A stretch of DNA of 40,291 nt from Escherichia phage ZG49: sequence record NC_047777.1, one strand, 5' to 3'. Under the pieces are notes generated by a model. It made no database searches. It saw nothing but the letters and a program-made list of their open reading frames with translations, and was not told the origin of the DNA. This document shows positions 37,478-40,291 of the stretch, piece after piece. The position numbers were made by a program, and so were the translations under genes. The stretch's first letter is position 1, and every line of letters starts with the position of its first letter.

Positions 37478-37927
37478 ATGCTCGAATTTTTAAAGAGAGC
37501 GGCTCCGTGGGTACTCGCAGCAGTGATGTTTGCTGGTGGCTACCACACCGCTAACAATAAGTGGGAGGCTAAGGTAAATGCAGAATACACCTCGAATCTT
37601 AAGGCATCGGAGGATACAAGGCTTGCTGTCCAAGCTGAAGTCAACAAAGTGTCCAAACGGTTTCAGGACGAAATGTCCTCGTTGGAAGGCAGCACTGATA
37701 GGATTATTGCTGACCTTAAGTCTGACAATAAGCGGCTGCGCATCCGAGTCAAACCTACGAGTGGAACCACGCAAAGTGACGGTAGATGCGTCATTGATGA
37801 TTTCGCCGAACTTGACGAACGAGATGCTAAACGTCTTATCGCCATCGGAGTGAAAGGAGACAAATGGATTAAGGCGCTTCAGGACACTGTGAGAGCCTTG
37901 CAGCAAGATAAGGAGGTGATGCATTGA
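37478..37927 (+). CDS. Rz-like i-spanin (gp18.5-like)
   Basis: N-terminal TM segment then coiled-coil-like charged region; 149 aa versus T7 gp18.5 143 aa. Confidence 0.65.
   Translation: MLEFLKRAAPWVLAAVMFAGGYHTANNKWEAKVNAEYTSNLKASEDTRLAVQAEVNKVSKRFQDEMSSLEGSTDRIIADLKSDNKRLRIRVKPTSGTTQSDGRCVIDDFAELDERDAKRLIAIGVKGDKWIKALQDTVRALQQDKEVMH
37578..37853 (+). CDS. Rz1-like o-spanin embedded in the +1 frame of the Rz gene; true start unclear
   Basis: Embedded ORF with lipoprotein-like segment [15 protein letters not shown] (lipobox-like ISGC); embedded arrangement as in T7 18.5/18.7. Confidence 0.4.
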   Translation: MQNTPRILRHRRIQGLLSKLKSTKCPNGFRTKCPRWKAALIGLLLTLSLTISGCASESNLRVEPRKVTVDASLMISPNLTNEMLNVLSPSE

Positions 37928-39687
37928 GTAAAGATTTAGTGGCGCGTCGGGCGCTAGTGACTACCCGTATGAAGGCAGACTTCGTGTTCTTCCTGTTCGT
38001 CCTGTGGAAAGCCTTGTCACTCCCAGTCCCGACTCGCTGTCAGATTGACATGGCGAAGAAACTATCGGCTGGGGACAACAGGCGTTTCATCCTACAGGCG
38101 TTCCGTGGTATCGGGAAGTCCTTCATTACGTGTGCCTTCGTGGTCTGGAAGCTATGGAACAACCCAGACTTGAAGTTCATGATTGTGTCGGCCTCAAAGG
38201 AACGAGCCGATGCTAACTCCATCTTCATCAAGCGAATCATCGACCTCATGCCTCAGCTTAAGGAACTCAAACCTAAGCAGGGGCAGCGAGATGCGGTTAT
38301 CAGCTTCGACGTTGGACCAGCCAAGCCAGACCACTCACCTTCGGTTAAGTCCGTTGGTATCACTGGTCAGTTGACTGGTAGTCGTGCTGACATCCTGATT
38401 GCCGATGACGTGGAGGTTCCGAACAACTCAGCGACTCAGGCTGCACGAGACCGTCTGTCAGAGCTTGTGAAAGAGTTCGACGCTATCCTGAAGCCGGGAG
38501 GTACAATCATCTATCTGGGTACTCCTCAGAACGAGATGACCTTGTATCGTGAGCTGGAAGGCCGTGGATACACCACTACCATCTGGCCTGCTCGTTATCC
38601 ACGCGACAGGAAGGACTGGCAGTCTTACGGCGACCGTCTGGCACCGATGCTTCAGGCAGAGCTTGAAGAGGACCCTGAGTCCTTCTACTGGCGTCCGACC
38701 GATGAAGTACGATTCGATGATACGGACCTGAAGGAACGTGAGCTGTCCTATGGTAAAGCTGGCTTCGCTCTACAGTTCATGCTTAACCCTAACCTGAGTG
38801 ATGCTGAGAAGCACCCTCTGAAGCTCCGTGACCTTATCGTAGCCGACTTGGACCCAGCGTCTAGCCCAATGGTATACCAATGGCTTCCTAACCCTCAGAA
38901 CAAGCGTGAGGACGTTCCTAACGTTGGACTCATGGGTGACTCATACCACACGTATCAGACTGTAGGTTCTGCCTTCAGTTCGTACACCCAGAAGATTCTG
39001 GTCATTGACCCTAGTGGTCGTGGTAAGGATGAAACTGGTTATGCGGTACTGTACCAGCTAAACGGCTACATCTTCGCTATGGAAGTTGGCGGTATGCGAG
39101 GTGGCTATGAAGACTCTACGCTGGAAGCCTTGGCTAAGATTGGTCGTAAGTGGAAGGTCAACGAATACGTCATTGAGGGTAACTTCGGTGATGGTATGTA
39201 CCTTGAGCTATTCAAGCCTGTAGCTTCCCGTATTCATCCTGCTGCTGTAACTGAAGTGAAGAGTAAGGGTCAGAAGGAACTCCGCATCTGTGACGTTCTG
39301 GAGCCTATCATGGGGTCTCACCGACTTATCGTCAACGCTTCTGCTATCGTCCAAGACTACCAGACAGCCTCTGATAAGGATGGTGTGCGTAACCCTATCT
39401 ACTCTCTCTTCTATCAGATGACCCGTATCTCTCGTGAACGTGGAGCACTGGCACACGATGACCGACTTGATGCGCTGGCTATCGGTGTACAGTTCTTCGT
39501 TGAGTCTATGGCTAAGGATGCCAACAAAGGCGAACGTGAAGTCACTGAGGAGTGGCTGGAGGAACAGATGGAGAACCCACGGAAAGGCTTTGAGTCCATC
39601 CACACTGAGTTCTGGGACAATGGGGTCCGGGTAACTCACGATACTGACGACGAGCTGGGGCTAGGGTCCTACGTTACGTTCCACTAG
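37924..39687 (+). CDS. Terminase large subunit (gp19-like), apparent TTG start
   Basis: Near-colinear similarity to T7 gp19 ([91 protein letters not shown]); N-terminus aligns from the TTG at 37924, 7 nt after GGAGG. Confidence 0.93.
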   Translation: MSKDLVARRALVTTRMKADFVFFLFVLWKALSLPVPTRCQIDMAKKLSAGDNRRFILQAFRGIGKSFITCAFVVWKLWNNPDLKFMIVSASKERADANSIFIKRIIDLMPQLKELKPKQGQRDAVISFDVGPAKPDHSPSVKSVGITGQLTGSRADILIADDVEVPNNSATQAARDRLSELVKEFDAILKPGGTIIYLGTPQNEMTLYRELEGRGYTTTIWPARYPRDRKDWQSYGDRLAPMLQAELEEDPESFYWRPTDEVRFDDTDLKERELSYGKAGFALQFMLNPNLSDAEKHPLKLRDLIVADLDPASSPMVYQWLPNPQNKREDVPNVGLMGDSYHTYQTVGSAFSSYTQKILVIDPSGRGKDETGYAVLYQLNGYIFAMEVGGMRGGYEDSTLEALAKIGRKWKVNEYVIEGNFGDGMYLELFKPVASRIHPAAVTEVKSKGQKELRICDVLEPIMGSHRLIVNASAIVQDYQTASDKDGVRNPIYSLFYQMTRISRERGALAHDDRLDALAIGVQFFVESMAKDANKGEREVTEEWLEEQMENPRKGFESIHTEFWDNGVRVTHDTDDELGLGSYVTFH

Positions 39688-39783
39688 CTGAATGAATAAC
39701 TATAGGCGAAAACTGAATTAATAAGCAGTTAGTAACCTATAGTTACTACCAGTCTAACCTACTGTTTTACAAGGAGTTTGGAC

Positions 39784-39802
39784 TTAACTATCACTATAGG
39801 GA
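39784..39802 (+). promoter_or_regulatory. Phage RNAP promoter TTAACTATCACTATAGGGA (phiOR-like)
   Basis: Consensus match about 90 bp before the right terminal repeat. Confidence 0.7.
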
Positions 39803-39890
39803 AGACCCCCGGTTACTTATAGTATTACTGTAGTGAATATACATATGCAGACTTTATGCAAGACCTTAGGAGGCAGACTCCGAGTTCTTA

Positions 39891-40291
39891 CCTAAGGCTT
39901 GCACCGATGGAAGGAGGGTGATATTAATCATAATCCCTCCAATACAGATAGTCACCGACCATAGATACAGGAGGTATGTAGCATATGGCAAAGACCAAAG
40001 CTGTACTTAAAGCTCTGGCGACCAATCGAGCTACATACAGGTTTCTTGCTGCTGTTCTACTTGCTGCTGGCGTTACTGCTGGAAGTAAGTGGGTCGGGTG
40101 GGTCGAGACTCTCGTATGTTCTCTGGTGTCTCAGTGTAATTAACGCAATCATGGTAACGATTCATGAGCGGAAGACCTAAGGTCAGTACGTGGATAAAGA
40201 CTCACTCTACTGACCTTAGCTACTGTAGTCAAGGACTTTAGGTAACACCTTAATAGAAGCTCACCTAGGGTCATCCTACTTATTGGTCTAT
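39891..40291. repeat. Right direct terminal repeat, identical to 1-401
   Basis: Direct comparison of both ends. Confidence 0.8.

Overview
This window appears to be an essentially complete genome of a virulent T7-like podovirus (Autographiviridae, T7-type gene order), bounded by 401-bp direct terminal repeats (1-401 and 39891-40291). All convincing genes are on the + strand, running from an early region (gp0.7-like kinase, small ORFs, single-subunit RNA polymerase) through the DNA metabolism genes (ligase, gp2, SSB, endonuclease I, lysozyme, primase-helicase, DNA polymerase, HNH endonuclease, exonuclease) to the structural and packaging genes (portal, scaffold, capsid, tail tube, internal core proteins, tailspike, holin, terminase, spanins). 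I found 11 phage-RNAP promoters with consensus TAAACTATCACTATAGGA, which does not match the T7, T3, K11 or SP6 consensus as I recall them. The most unusual feature is four perfect tandem duplications (385, 451, 386 and 709 bp), each out of frame and each creating a chimeric or truncated ORF; one splits the tailspike gene. Other points worth a second look are a conserved gene-10 slippery site with a long open -1 frame, an Endo VII-like ORF in frame with gp13 across a single TGA, a frameshifted gp5.5-like gene, a phage promoter upstream of the RNAP gene, three conserved hairpins at T7 RNase III site positions, and a non-T7 N-terminal domain on gp16. No integrase, repressor, tRNA or CRISPR array was seen. 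All protein assignments rest on by-eye comparison with T7 proteins recalled from memory and on motifs; no database search was run.
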